Shown here: one piece after another, positions 11,174 through 18,154 of the stretch | How positions within the stretch are numbered: position 1 is the stretch's first letter | Layout: every line of letters begins with the position of its first letter | Source of the DNA: a virus | Lineage: Duplodnaviria; Caudoviricetes | Length of the DNA: 35,391 nt | Strand: one strand, 5' to 3' | IMG/VR virus record: IMGVR_UViG_3300031748_000007 | Coordinates: 1 to 35,391 of that record | Translations under genes and position numbers: made by a program | Notes under the pieces: model-generated | What the model saw: the letters and a program-made list of their open reading frames with translations, nothing else | Told to the model about the DNA's origin: nothing | Database searches by the model: none

Positions 11174-11250
11174 ACTCGTCCAAGTTTTGGGGGTGGCGTG
11201 GCCGCAAGCCACACGTCCAAGTGGCAACACGTCCAACTCGTCTAAGTGGC
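11173..11250. repeat. Cluster of short imperfect direct repeats (CGTC(C/T)AA core x4) upstream of the initiator-like gene
   Basis: aactcgtccaagt (11173-11185), acacgtccaagtggc (11211-11225), acacgtccaa (11227-11236), aactcgtctaagtggc (11235-11250). Confidence 0.6.
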
Positions 11251-11360
11251 CTGCGGCCTGTAAAGCGTTGGCGCTGCGGGCACTTGCGGCCAACTCAGAC
11301 GTTCCCTTCGCCATACGTAGTACCATGCATACTGTTCTAGGCATAAGGCAGTAGCCCAGT

Positions 11361-12086
11361 ATGCCTAAGCACTTCAACAAAGCCCTACGGGTGGCGGGGG
11401 GAACGTCTGAGTTGCTGGCGCACGGCAAAGTCCCGCACCAAGTGGCGTTATGCATAGGTGTACGGGCAAAGGAGGCCCGCAAGATGAAAAGACAACTGTG
11501 GGGCTCAAAGCAAATGGTTCTGCGCAAGCAGATGTTGGATGTGCAAATGGATATCACGCGGCGTGCGTGGTCCCAGCTAGCGCGGGAAGTAGTACAGGCG
11601 GGACTGTACACCAGAGACGAGATACGCGCCCTGTTGGCTGGCGAACAGAAGCTGCGCGCTGAGGCGTTGTGCAAGGTGCATCTACACGGCCACATTCAAC
11701 GCACGCCGGAGGCCACCGTGGCTGCCGCCACGTCGATGCTGAACGCGCTAGCCGCCAAGTCGCTGACCAACCGGGCGTTGGAAATCATGGGCGTGAAGAC
11801 GACAGAGCCTGTGCGCGTGCGGTACGAGCGATTGGCCGTGGCGCGGCTGGGCGAGGGCGTGACACCCGCCGAACTCCTACAGGTGGTGGAGTGGGGCTGG
11901 CGGCAGAAGAACTTGAACGCCCGCCGCCTGACGGTCATCTGGGGCAAAGACTGCGTGTCGTGGGTGGCGCTGGCCAAGAACCCGAACCCAAGCATCAGTG
12001 CGGTCAGCGATCCCCAAGACCGTGCGATGGTGGCACAGGAAGTGTTGGAACAACTGGCCAGCCGTGGGCAGTTACGCCGTAGGTAA
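11361..12086 (+). CDS. Putative replication initiator/replisome organiser (conserved phage C-terminal domain, Phg_2220_C-like)
   Basis: ARLGEGVTPAELLQVVEWGW...RRLTVIWGKDCVSWV resembles ARL.EG.T.E....V......W...LRP.TLFG.KF..Y; immediately precedes a DnaC-like loader. Confidence 0.55.
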   Translation: MPKHFNKALRVAGGTSELLAHGKVPHQVALCIGVRAKEARKMKRQLWGSKQMVLRKQMLDVQMDITRRAWSQLAREVVQAGLYTRDEIRALLAGEQKLRAEALCKVHLHGHIQRTPEATVAAATSMLNALAAKSLTNRALEIMGVKTTEPVRVRYERLAVARLGEGVTPAELLQVVEWGWRQKNLNARRLTVIWGKDCVSWVALAKNPNPSISAVSDPQDRAMVAQEVLEQLASRGQLRRR

Positions 12087-12145
12087 AGTCCGTTTGCGTT
12101 CCGCAGCGTGTTAGGTGTAGGTGTACTGGCACACGGGAGGTAGAC

Positions 12146-13096
12146 ATGCAAACGGGTAAGCCAAACGGTAACGAGGAAAAGAAAACTGGGCAACCAGAGT
12201 CCGAGTGGGGCTACGATGACGCAGGTAACTTCGTGCAGGACGGGCACCGAATGTACCCACCGCAACCGGATGTAGAGCGTGAGCAAGCGGAGCATCGGTG
12301 GTGGTACCACACGATCTTACCAGATGCCAATGCTCGCGAACTCCGCATCGCCGTGGTGCGGTATGCAGGCTTTGCGTCGCAGCATATGTTTGAGACCAGT
12401 ACGCCACAGCGCGGATACGACTGGTTGAAGCAAGTTGCCCCACCCGGAGAAGCCGCTGCCTATCACGGCGTGGTGGCGCAGGCGCGTCATTGGGCGCAGA
12501 CACCTACCGCCGCACCGGGTGTGGTGCTGCACGGCTTGCCAGGGCGCGGCAAGTCTGCGTTAGCGGCTACGCTGTTGGTGGACTTGGTAGCTGCGGCGTA
12601 CCGCACCCAGCACCCCGACGTGATGGTGCCGGAGCCAATGGAGTTCAGCAACCGCCAGTGGCGGGCGTTGCTGGATGCGTACCACGATGAGGGACGCCCA
12701 TATTACGAAGCGGACACCACGCCGTGCGTGTACTTTGAGTCGTGGCGGCATATGGTTGAAATTATGATGACGTGGGGCCGCGATGAGCAAGATGGATATC
12801 CTACTGCCAAGCAGGAACGGCAAGCGTTGTGGCAACGGGTAAACCATTCGCATGCTATGGTGCTTGACGATGTAGAATTGGTGGAGACGGCGTTCCGGGA
12901 GAATTGTCTGTTGCAGATATTGGAGCGCGTAGAGGCCCACCGCAAACGGTTGATCGTTACCACCAATCTTGATCCGTCGCAGTGGGTGAGCAAACTGGGG
13001 GAGCGTGCGGCCACGCGCTTGGCGGATCGGCAGTTGTTCGAGTTACTGCCAATGACGGATTGGCGGTCGCTAAGGAATAGCTACCCGAGGCAGTGA
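12146..13096 (+). CDS. dnaC: DnaC/IstB-like AAA+ helicase loader
   Basis: GVVLHGLPGRGKS (Walker A), MVLDDV (Walker B), LIVTTNL, GERAATRL; RBS gggagg. Confidence 0.85.
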   Translation: MQTGKPNGNEEKKTGQPESEWGYDDAGNFVQDGHRMYPPQPDVEREQAEHRWWYHTILPDANARELRIAVVRYAGFASQHMFETSTPQRGYDWLKQVAPPGEAAAYHGVVAQARHWAQTPTAAPGVVLHGLPGRGKSALAATLLVDLVAAAYRTQHPDVMVPEPMEFSNRQWRALLDAYHDEGRPYYEADTTPCVYFESWRHMVEIMMTWGRDEQDGYPTAKQERQALWQRVNHSHAMVLDDVELVETAFRENCLLQILERVEAHRKRLIVTTNLDPSQWVSKLGERAATRLADRQLFELLPMTDWRSLRNSYPRQ

Positions 13097-14460
13097 TGGC
13101 GGTGTATGCGTTCAGCGAGGCGTTTCAGCGCAAGATACTTGCAGTGTGGATTCGCAGTGCCGGCGCGGCTTGGGCACATGGCGTGGTGCGTGCTGCGTAC
13201 TTCGGGTCGGGTGCGCCCGGACCGCCTAGCACGCCGCGTCACGTGCTGGCAGAGTTGGTGGCCAACTACTACGCCACGTTCACCGGGGCTGCCCTGAGTG
13301 CCGAGACGATGGACCAGCTGGTGGCGGACGCGCTGCTGCGGCTGCGTCCGCAAGTGCGCGGTGCCGTGGAGGCGGAGTGGCGCATCGTGCGAGCCATTGA
13401 TACCGAGGACGCCCCCTACGTGGCCCGACGCGTGACGGCCTGGGCGCAGGAGACGGCATTCGCGCACGCCATTGCCGCAGCGGCCAGCGCCCTGGCTGAA
13501 GCCGAGGCGCGTGGCGTACCACCGGACCTGGCCACGCTGGCCGAGCCTGTGATGGCCGCGACGCGCCTGGGCACCGCGCAGCAGGAGCGAGCACACTCGT
13601 GGCGCGGCGTGTCGGACATCTGGGAGACTGAGATGGACCCAGCGCGGCGCATCCCCACGCTGCTGCCGGCCTTTGACGCGGCGCTGGGCGGCGGCTGTGG
13701 CCGAGGCGAGCTGATGGTGCTGCTGGCACCGCCCAAGGCTGCCAAGACGTGCCTGCTGGTCAATCTGACTATCGCGGCCAGCCAGCGGCACTACGGCGTG
13801 GCGTTCTTCAGCTACGAGATGCGATGGCAGGCCATGCTGATGCGCCTGGACCAGCGCCTGGCCGGACAAAGCCGTGGCGAGATCTACAGCGACACCACTC
13901 ACCTACGGCGGATGCACCAAGGGCGAGACGTGGCTGGGCTGGGACCGGTGTGGGTGGAAGAGTTTGTAAGCCGCAAGCACGGCTGCGAAGAGGCGCTGCA
14001 CCGTGTGGAGGCGCTGCGGGCCGCGGGCATGCGCGTGGACGTGGTGGTGCTGGACTACCTGACGCTGATGACCAGCCGGGGCCACGAACGCGAGAAGCGT
14101 CACGAGCTAGCCGCCATTGCCCGCGAGATGAGCGCGCTGGCTAAGGAGCTGGACGCAGCGGTGTGGTCGGCCGCGTTGACGCAGCGCAAGAGCGTTGACC
14201 GCCCGCGTGTGGCCAAGCAGGATGTGGCTGAGTGCTATGAGATCATGGCGGTGGTGGACGGTGCGGTGGCCATCACCAGTAGTATCAAGATGCGCGAGCA
14301 AGGCGAACGCAACTTGTGGGTTACGAGTCTGCGCATGGAGGCCGACGAGCGCAGTGCCGGTATGTACAAGGTGAATCTGGCTAAGCAGCTTTGGACGCCC
14401 AACACTGACCCGTCGATGGAAGCGCGCGGCGGGCCGCTGCCAAAGGAGCCGGAACAATGA
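13093..14460 (+). CDS. dnaB: Replicative SF4 DnaB-like helicase
   Basis: GELMVLLAPPKAAKT (H1), FFSYEM (H1a), VVVLDYLTLM (H2), LAKELDAAVWSAALTQR (H3), DVAECYEI (H4). Confidence 0.88.
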   Translation: MMAVYAFSEAFQRKILAVWIRSAGAAWAHGVVRAAYFGSGAPGPPSTPRHVLAELVANYYATFTGAALSAETMDQLVADALLRLRPQVRGAVEAEWRIVRAIDTEDAPYVARRVTAWAQETAFAHAIAAAASALAEAEARGVPPDLATLAEPVMAATRLGTAQQERAHSWRGVSDIWETEMDPARRIPTLLPAFDAALGGGCGRGELMVLLAPPKAAKTCLLVNLTIAASQRHYGVAFFSYEMRWQAMLMRLDQRLAGQSRGEIYSDTTHLRRMHQGRDVAGLGPVWVEEFVSRKHGCEEALHRVEALRAAGMRVDVVVLDYLTLMTSRGHEREKRHELAAIAREMSALAKELDAAVWSAALTQRKSVDRPRVAKQDVAECYEIMAVVDGAVAITSSIKMREQGERNLWVTSLRMEADERSAGMYKVNLAKQLWTPNTDPSMEARGGPLPKEPEQ

Positions 14461-14657
14461 CTGTGCTGACGACAAGACGGAACCCCTGTGTGTGCGACGA
14501 CTGCCAGACGCTGTTCGCTACGCTGGTGCCGCCGTGTGTGGTGCCGGGATGCGACCGGCGCGTGTGCGCCAGGTGCACGGCTACCACGGACAGCGACGGG
14601 CGTTGCGGCGACTGCATGCGCCAGGAGCAGCGGGACGCCGGAGGGCGGGCCACGTGA
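14457..14657 (+). CDS. Small zinc-finger protein (66 aa)
   Basis: CDDC, CVVPGC, CARC and CGDC motifs; coupled to the neighbouring genes; RBS aaggag. Confidence 0.7.
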   Translation: MTVLTTRRNPCVCDDCQTLFATLVPPCVVPGCDRRVCARCTATTDSDGRCGDCMRQEQRDAGGRAT

Positions 14658-15727
14658 CGATGCGGAACGTTGACTGGCCCGCGTGGCTGGCCACCGTGGT
14701 GACGTTGGAAAATACCGACGGCACCCGTGGCGCGGACCAAGGCATCGTGGTGTACAACTGCCCGCTGTGCGGCGACACCCGAGCGCGTGGCTGGGCCAAC
14801 GTGCTGCGGCGCAGCGCCGGTTGTTTCAACGCCGGCTGTGAGGCGGAACCGTACCTGTCCGGTGGACTGTACACGCTGGTGCAGCGGATGGAGCAACTGC
14901 CCGACCGTGAAACCGCCGTGCGCTGGGTGCGCGACCGGTACCTGCTGCCGCCCGGTGTAGAGCCCAGCGCCGCAGGGGGGTCGTTTACACGCCCCGTGCC
15001 CCCAGCCTACTTGGACTGGGCTCGGTGGCCACCCCGGTATGCACTGCTGCTGGACGCGCACCTACGCAGCCTGGCAGCGCGTCCATACGTCAATTTTGCC
15101 TGGCGGCAGTGGGGCCTAACGGCGCTGGACCTGGTGGGGGCGGGTGCGGCGTTCGGTGCGCGGGGCCGGTACGCGCACCGGCTGCTGTGGCCCATACCGG
15201 GGGCGGACGGTGCGCCCATTGGCTTTCAGGCCCGCACCATACGCGCTGACGGACAGCCCAAGTACCGCACGCATCACGCGGGCGCGTTCGACGACCCGGA
15301 CGCGGAGGCTGGCCGACCCGTCGGCGCTATGGTGTATGGCATGGACCGGCTGGCCCGCCTGCCCTACGGCGCGACGCTGGTGATCGTGGAGGGCATAGCC
15401 GACGTGCTGCGCCTGCGCACCGACCCGTCGTTCGACGCGGGCGAGCCGGTGGCGCTGATGGGTACGGAGTTGACTCGAGAACGCGCCGCGCTGCTGGCGG
15501 CGGTACGCCCCGCCCGCGTGGTGGTGGCGCTCGACGCCGACGCCACGGTGCGCGCCGCCGCTCTTGCCTTGGAGCTGGGCGCGTGGGGTCTGGGCGACGT
15601 TGTGCTCGGCCGATGGGAAGGTGGCAAAGATGCAGGCAGCGGCGCACGGTTGGTCGTGGGGCCGGTGCGAGGCGCGCGTGGCTTGTTGGAAGACGTGGTA
15701 TGGACCAAACTGCACGGAAGACTATGA
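14654..15727 (+). CDS. dnaG: DnaG-like DNA primase (Zn finger plus Toprim)
   Basis: CPLC...GCFNAGC Zn finger, IGFQARTI, PKY, IVEGIAD, VALDAD, KDAG; start is GTG 14654 or ATG 14660. Confidence 0.88.
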   Translation: MTMRNVDWPAWLATVVTLENTDGTRGADQGIVVYNCPLCGDTRARGWANVLRRSAGCFNAGCEAEPYLSGGLYTLVQRMEQLPDRETAVRWVRDRYLLPPGVEPSAAGGSFTRPVPPAYLDWARWPPRYALLLDAHLRSLAARPYVNFAWRQWGLTALDLVGAGAAFGARGRYAHRLLWPIPGADGAPIGFQARTIRADGQPKYRTHHAGAFDDPDAEAGRPVGAMVYGMDRLARLPYGATLVIVEGIADVLRLRTDPSFDAGEPVALMGTELTRERAALLAAVRPARVVVALDADATVRAAALALELGAWGLGDVVLGRWEGGKDAGSGARLVVGPVRGARGLLEDVVWTKLHGRL

Positions 15728-15820
15728 AGAGAGGCAGCATCCGGCCTGCGCCCTCTAGCCAGTGGGCCAGGCAATGTCCGCTGGGCGTCAGCAGCGGTTA
15801 AACCGGAGGGGAAGGAGAAG

Positions 15821-16111
15821 GTGATGGGAGCGACCGCACGCAAAATTGTAAAGCCGGCAGTCCGTGCCCGGTTGAAGCAGTGGTTCACGGTGCATGTGCC
15901 CACGTACCGGGCGTTCCGCCTGACCGCCATCGAGCGCGGCGACACCCTGGCCACGGCGATCCGCCTGGCGATGGAACTGTACGTCGAGCACAACGCCCGG
16001 TGGCTACGGTTCCTGGCGTCGGAGGTACCGCATCACCACATCGCGCGGCGCAGGGGCCGCGTAGACGCCAGCGAACTTGATGCATCAACCCGCGACAGCA
16101 CCGATAAGTAA
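15821..16111 (+). CDS. Small basic protein, possibly ribbon-helix-helix DNA-binding
   Basis: Strong RBS (ggaaggagaagg); QWFTVHVP..YRAFRLTAIERGDTLATAIRLAMELY fits a beta-alpha-alpha pattern. Confidence 0.6.
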   Translation: MMGATARKIVKPAVRARLKQWFTVHVPTYRAFRLTAIERGDTLATAIRLAMELYVEHNARWLRFLASEVPHHHIARRRGRVDASELDASTRDSTDK

Positions 16112-16202
16112 AAGACTTGGTGGTCGTCGGCGACCCGGTGACATTTTAGACTTAGCGGTCAACAGCTACGCGGTAAGTAGCGCGGTAGACCCCGCTAGGC
16201 CC

Positions 16203-16233
16203 TGCGGCACAAGGGCTTTGCGGCACAAGGGCT
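16203..16233. repeat. Tandem 15-bp direct repeat TGCGGCACAAGGGCT x2 (period 16)
   Basis: Exact copies at 16203-16217 and 16219-16233, ~50 bp upstream of a promoter. Confidence 0.85.
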
Positions 16234-16280
16234 GGCCGGTGGTGGTCTAAGTCCCCGGAATAACAGGGGTTTTTACCCCC

Positions 16281-16308
16281 TTGCCTTTGGCCAGGCAATG
16301 GCTAGAAT
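16281..16308 (+). promoter_or_regulatory. Sigma70-like promoter TTGCCT-N16-TAGAAT with an overlapping palindrome TTGCCT-N6-AGGCAA
   Basis: -35 at 16281-16286 and -10 at 16303-16308, in an AT-richer patch at the start of the long non-coding region. Confidence 0.6.
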
Positions 16309-16314
16309 ACTGGG

Positions 16315-17133
16315 TGCCACCGGCAAAGTGCCGGTGGGGCAGGGCTGGCCCGGTGGGCTGGCAGAAAGGCAGGTAGTTGGGAAAGCGATCAACGGTTGCA
16401 TACGGTTGGGCCTGTGAGCCCCGTGTCCCTCAGGAGTAGGGTACGCCAGCGGCGTACCGGCCCCTGGCGCAAAAGCCACGCGAGTAGCGCCAGGCCGACG
16501 GTAGACCGCCCGGCCCAAAACGCAGGTAGGGCACAGGGAGGCAGGGCAAGGCTAATGGCTGAACCCAACCGGCGGGCGACCCGCACGGTGCGCGCACAGG
16601 CGCACCGGGGCGGTGCATCGGACCCGGCCACCCCATAGGCTGTAGTTCAGGGGGGAATGGCGACAAGGCGAAAACGGACACCCGTGTGTGCTGCATTTGG
16701 TATCGGCGCAGGGCGAGCCCCAGGTGACAGCGGGGCGCTGCGCGGCGTAGACCCAAGGCGGGCCGGGTGGTGGAACCTAGTAATGCCCAAAGATGAGTGA
16801 GAAGTCGAAATTCCGGCCATGACTCAGAGTCAGCCCAAGCCCGCGTGTAACTGGCGCGGCATACGGGCTGCGCGGTGCGGCCTGGCCCGGTGTGCAACGT
16901 TGCACACCGGGCTGTGACCACACCAACCCCTGGTCCTTACAAAGACGCGGCGCGAGCCGCACAGGGCGTTCAAGACTGACGCAGGACGGTGGCGAAACCT
17001 TTGTTGAGTAGCCGCCCCTGCTAGTGGCACGCTGCGGGCTGACCCCCCAGCAGCGGTAGACCCAGCACCAGACACCGAGCGACCCAGCGGGGGTTGCCCG
17101 CACCCCTGAGTCATTACGTGCGAGGCCGGAATC
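16315..17133 (+). ncRNA. Putative large structured non-coding RNA (~820 nt), with its 3' end defined by hammerhead HH1
   Basis: No credible ORF. Perfect helices: 16317-25/16329-37, 16403-10/16564-71, 16440-47/16451-58, 16463-70/16487-94, 16586-93/16600-07, 16622-29/16761-68, 16829-36/17036-43, plus a 28-nt palindrome at 16885-16912. Confidence 0.55.
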
Positions 17134-17170
17134 TTCGGGGGCTGACCGCCCCGGACTGATGAGACAGGTC
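16804..17170 (+). ncRNA. Type II hammerhead ribozyme HH1 with a 278-nt insert in stem III; predicted cleavage after AUC 17133
   Basis: GUC(16804-06), GAAA, then UUCCGGCC pairing with GGCCGGAA(17124-31), UC, stem I UUC(g)GGGGC/GCCCCGGA, CUGAUGA(17156-62), GAC. The stem III extension AUGACUCAG(16819-27) pairs with CUGAGUCAU(17106-14). The 3' tail GGUC(17167-70) can pair with loop I GACC(17144-47) as a pseudoknot. Confidence 0.8.
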
Positions 17171-17188
17171 GAAAGGTGGTGACACTAC

Positions 17189-17287
17189 ATGCTCACGATC
17201 GTGGGTGCGTACCTTGGCGAAATGCTGTTCGTGTACGCGCTGTACAAACTGGCCAGCCGGCCCGTGCCTGCAAAGGCGGGCCGCTGA
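17189..17287 (+). CDS. 32-aa hydrophobic membrane peptide MLTIVGAYLGEMLFVYALYKLASRPVPAKAGR
   Basis: RBS-like gaaaggtggtga; lies between HH1 and HH2; hydrophobic segment followed by a basic tail; below the ORF-track size cutoff. Confidence 0.55.
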   Translation: MLTIVGAYLGEMLFVYALYKLASRPVPAKAGR

Positions 17288-17303
17288 CCGCGTTGACCCT
17301 GAA

Positions 17304-17378
17304 TGCCGATAACGGCGGGCGCGGGAGACCCCGCCGTTGCCGTGGTGGTGGCCCCCCACGGCCTGATGAGGCAAGCCC
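17304..17378 (+). ncRNA. Type II hammerhead ribozyme HH2 (GAUAA core variant); predicted cleavage after GUU 17338
   Basis: UGCC, GAUAA, CGGCGGG/CCCGCCG, UU, GCCGUGG/CCACGGC, CUGAUGA(17363-69), GGCA, AGCCC. Confidence 0.75.
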
Positions 17379-17424
17379 GACCAGGCAATGCCGCCTGGCG
17401 CACCCGAAGCGTCTGGAGATTCAG

Positions 17425-17652
17425 ATGACCCGCACTACTGTTCGCGGCAGTCGCCGCCTTGTCCGTACCCGTACCGAGTTGGCCCACACCAGCGGCACTA
17501 TGCGCGCCAAGGTGTTGGGTTTCGTTCCGCGTGGCCGTCGTGGCGCAACTTACGCGTCGGTTATCGCCAGCGCCCGTAAGGCTCGCATTCCCCGGCCTTA
17601 CTGCAAGGTCAGCAAGCTGATCGCTGGCGGCATGCTGCGGTACGCTGCGTGA
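17425..17652 (+). CDS. Small basic protein, paralog 1 (75 aa, putative winged-helix-like nucleic-acid binder)
   Basis: RBS ggag; MTRTTVRGSRRLVRTRTELAHTSGTMRAKVLGFVPRG...KVSKLIAGGMLRYAA; clearly homologous to 17779 and 18155. Confidence 0.85.
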   Translation: MTRTTVRGSRRLVRTRTELAHTSGTMRAKVLGFVPRGRRGATYASVIASARKARIPRPYCKVSKLIAGGMLRYAA

Positions 17653-17655
17653 CCA

Positions 17656-17724
17656 GCCGAAACGGCGCACCCGCGTGCGCCGTCGCCAGGGCGGTGGCAC
17701 CGCCTGGCCTGATGAGGCAAGCCC
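17656..17724 (+). ncRNA. Type II hammerhead ribozyme HH3 (canonical core); predicted cleavage after GUC 17684
   Basis: GCC, GAAA(17659-62), CGGCGCAC/GUGCGCCG, UC, GCCAGG/CCUGGC, CUGAUGA(17709-15), GGC, AAGCCC. All core nucleotides and three stems are present. Confidence 0.92.
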
Positions 17725-17778
17725 ACGGTGGGGACTGGCCCGCCGCGCACCCGAAGCGATTCTCCAAAGGGGGATCAA

Positions 17779-18006
17779 ATGTCAAAGGTTGTTCGCAAGG
17801 CCGACAAGCGCCTGGTCCGTACAGGCACCAAGCTGGCCCACACGGGCACGCTGCGTTCGACGGTCCTGGGGTTCGTTCCGGCGGGCCGTGGCGCGATGCA
17901 CAGCGCCGTGGTCGCCAAGACCCACAAGGCCGGCATCAAGTACCCGGCACAGAAAATCCACAAGCTGATTCTCAGCGGTGTGCTGCGGTACGCGAAGTCC
18001 GCGTGA
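17779..18006 (+). CDS. Small basic protein, paralog 2 (75 aa)
   Basis: RBS aaaggggg; MSKVVRKADKRLVRTGTKLAHTGTLRSTVLGFVPAG...KIHKLILSGVLRYAKSA. Confidence 0.85.
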   Translation: MSKVVRKADKRLVRTGTKLAHTGTLRSTVLGFVPAGRGAMHSAVVAKTHKAGIKYPAQKIHKLILSGVLRYAKSA

Positions 18007-18084
18007 ACCGAAACGGCGGGCCGCAAACCGTAGACCCGCCGTCGTCAGGGTGGTGGCACCCCCTGGCCCGATGACGGTAAGCCC
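18007..18084 (+). ncRNA. Type II hammerhead ribozyme HH4 (CCGAUGA plus extra C variant); predicted cleavage after GUC 18043
   Basis: ACC, GAAA(18010-13), CGGCGGG/CCCGCCG, UC, GUCAGGG/CCCUGGC, CCGAUGA(18068-74), C, GGU, AAGCCC. Confidence 0.7.
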
Positions 18085-18154
18085 CGACGCGCATGGTGCG
18101 CGCCGGCATACACAGGCACTGCGGTGGGACAGCCGCCGTGCTGTAGGAGGTACC

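Noticed and set aside
14065-14071. CTGATGA inside dnaB, and another at 29587-29593
   Set aside because: No flanking stems or correctly placed GAAA; explained by coding sequence or a gene start
15724-15801. 25-aa ORF MKRGSIRPAPSSQWARQCPLGVSSG coupled to the primase stop
   Set aside because: Too short and featureless to support as a gene
16463-16516. GCGCAAAAGCCACG...GACGGTAG resembling part of a c-di-GMP-I riboswitch
   Set aside because: The upstream GGCAAAC/GNRA-tetraloop hairpin is absent; resemblance is only partial
17156-17174. Compact local hammerhead CUGAUGA-GAC-AG-GUC-GAAA (type I or III)
   Set aside because: No compatible local stem III/NUH and loop II would be too short. The long-range type II fold with 16804-16818 satisfies all pairings, so this is kept only as a possible competing conformation.
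16112-17188. tRNA, tmRNA, RNase P, group II intron or IscB omega-RNA identity for the non-coding region
   Set aside because: No T-loop/anticodon cloverleaf, no GAGGAAAGUCC, no domain V and no adjacent nuclease gene recognised; a covariance-model search is still needed
17304-18084. Repeated intergenic units as a CRISPR array
   Set aside because: The units are structurally rather than sequence-identical and are separated by whole genes; no cas genes
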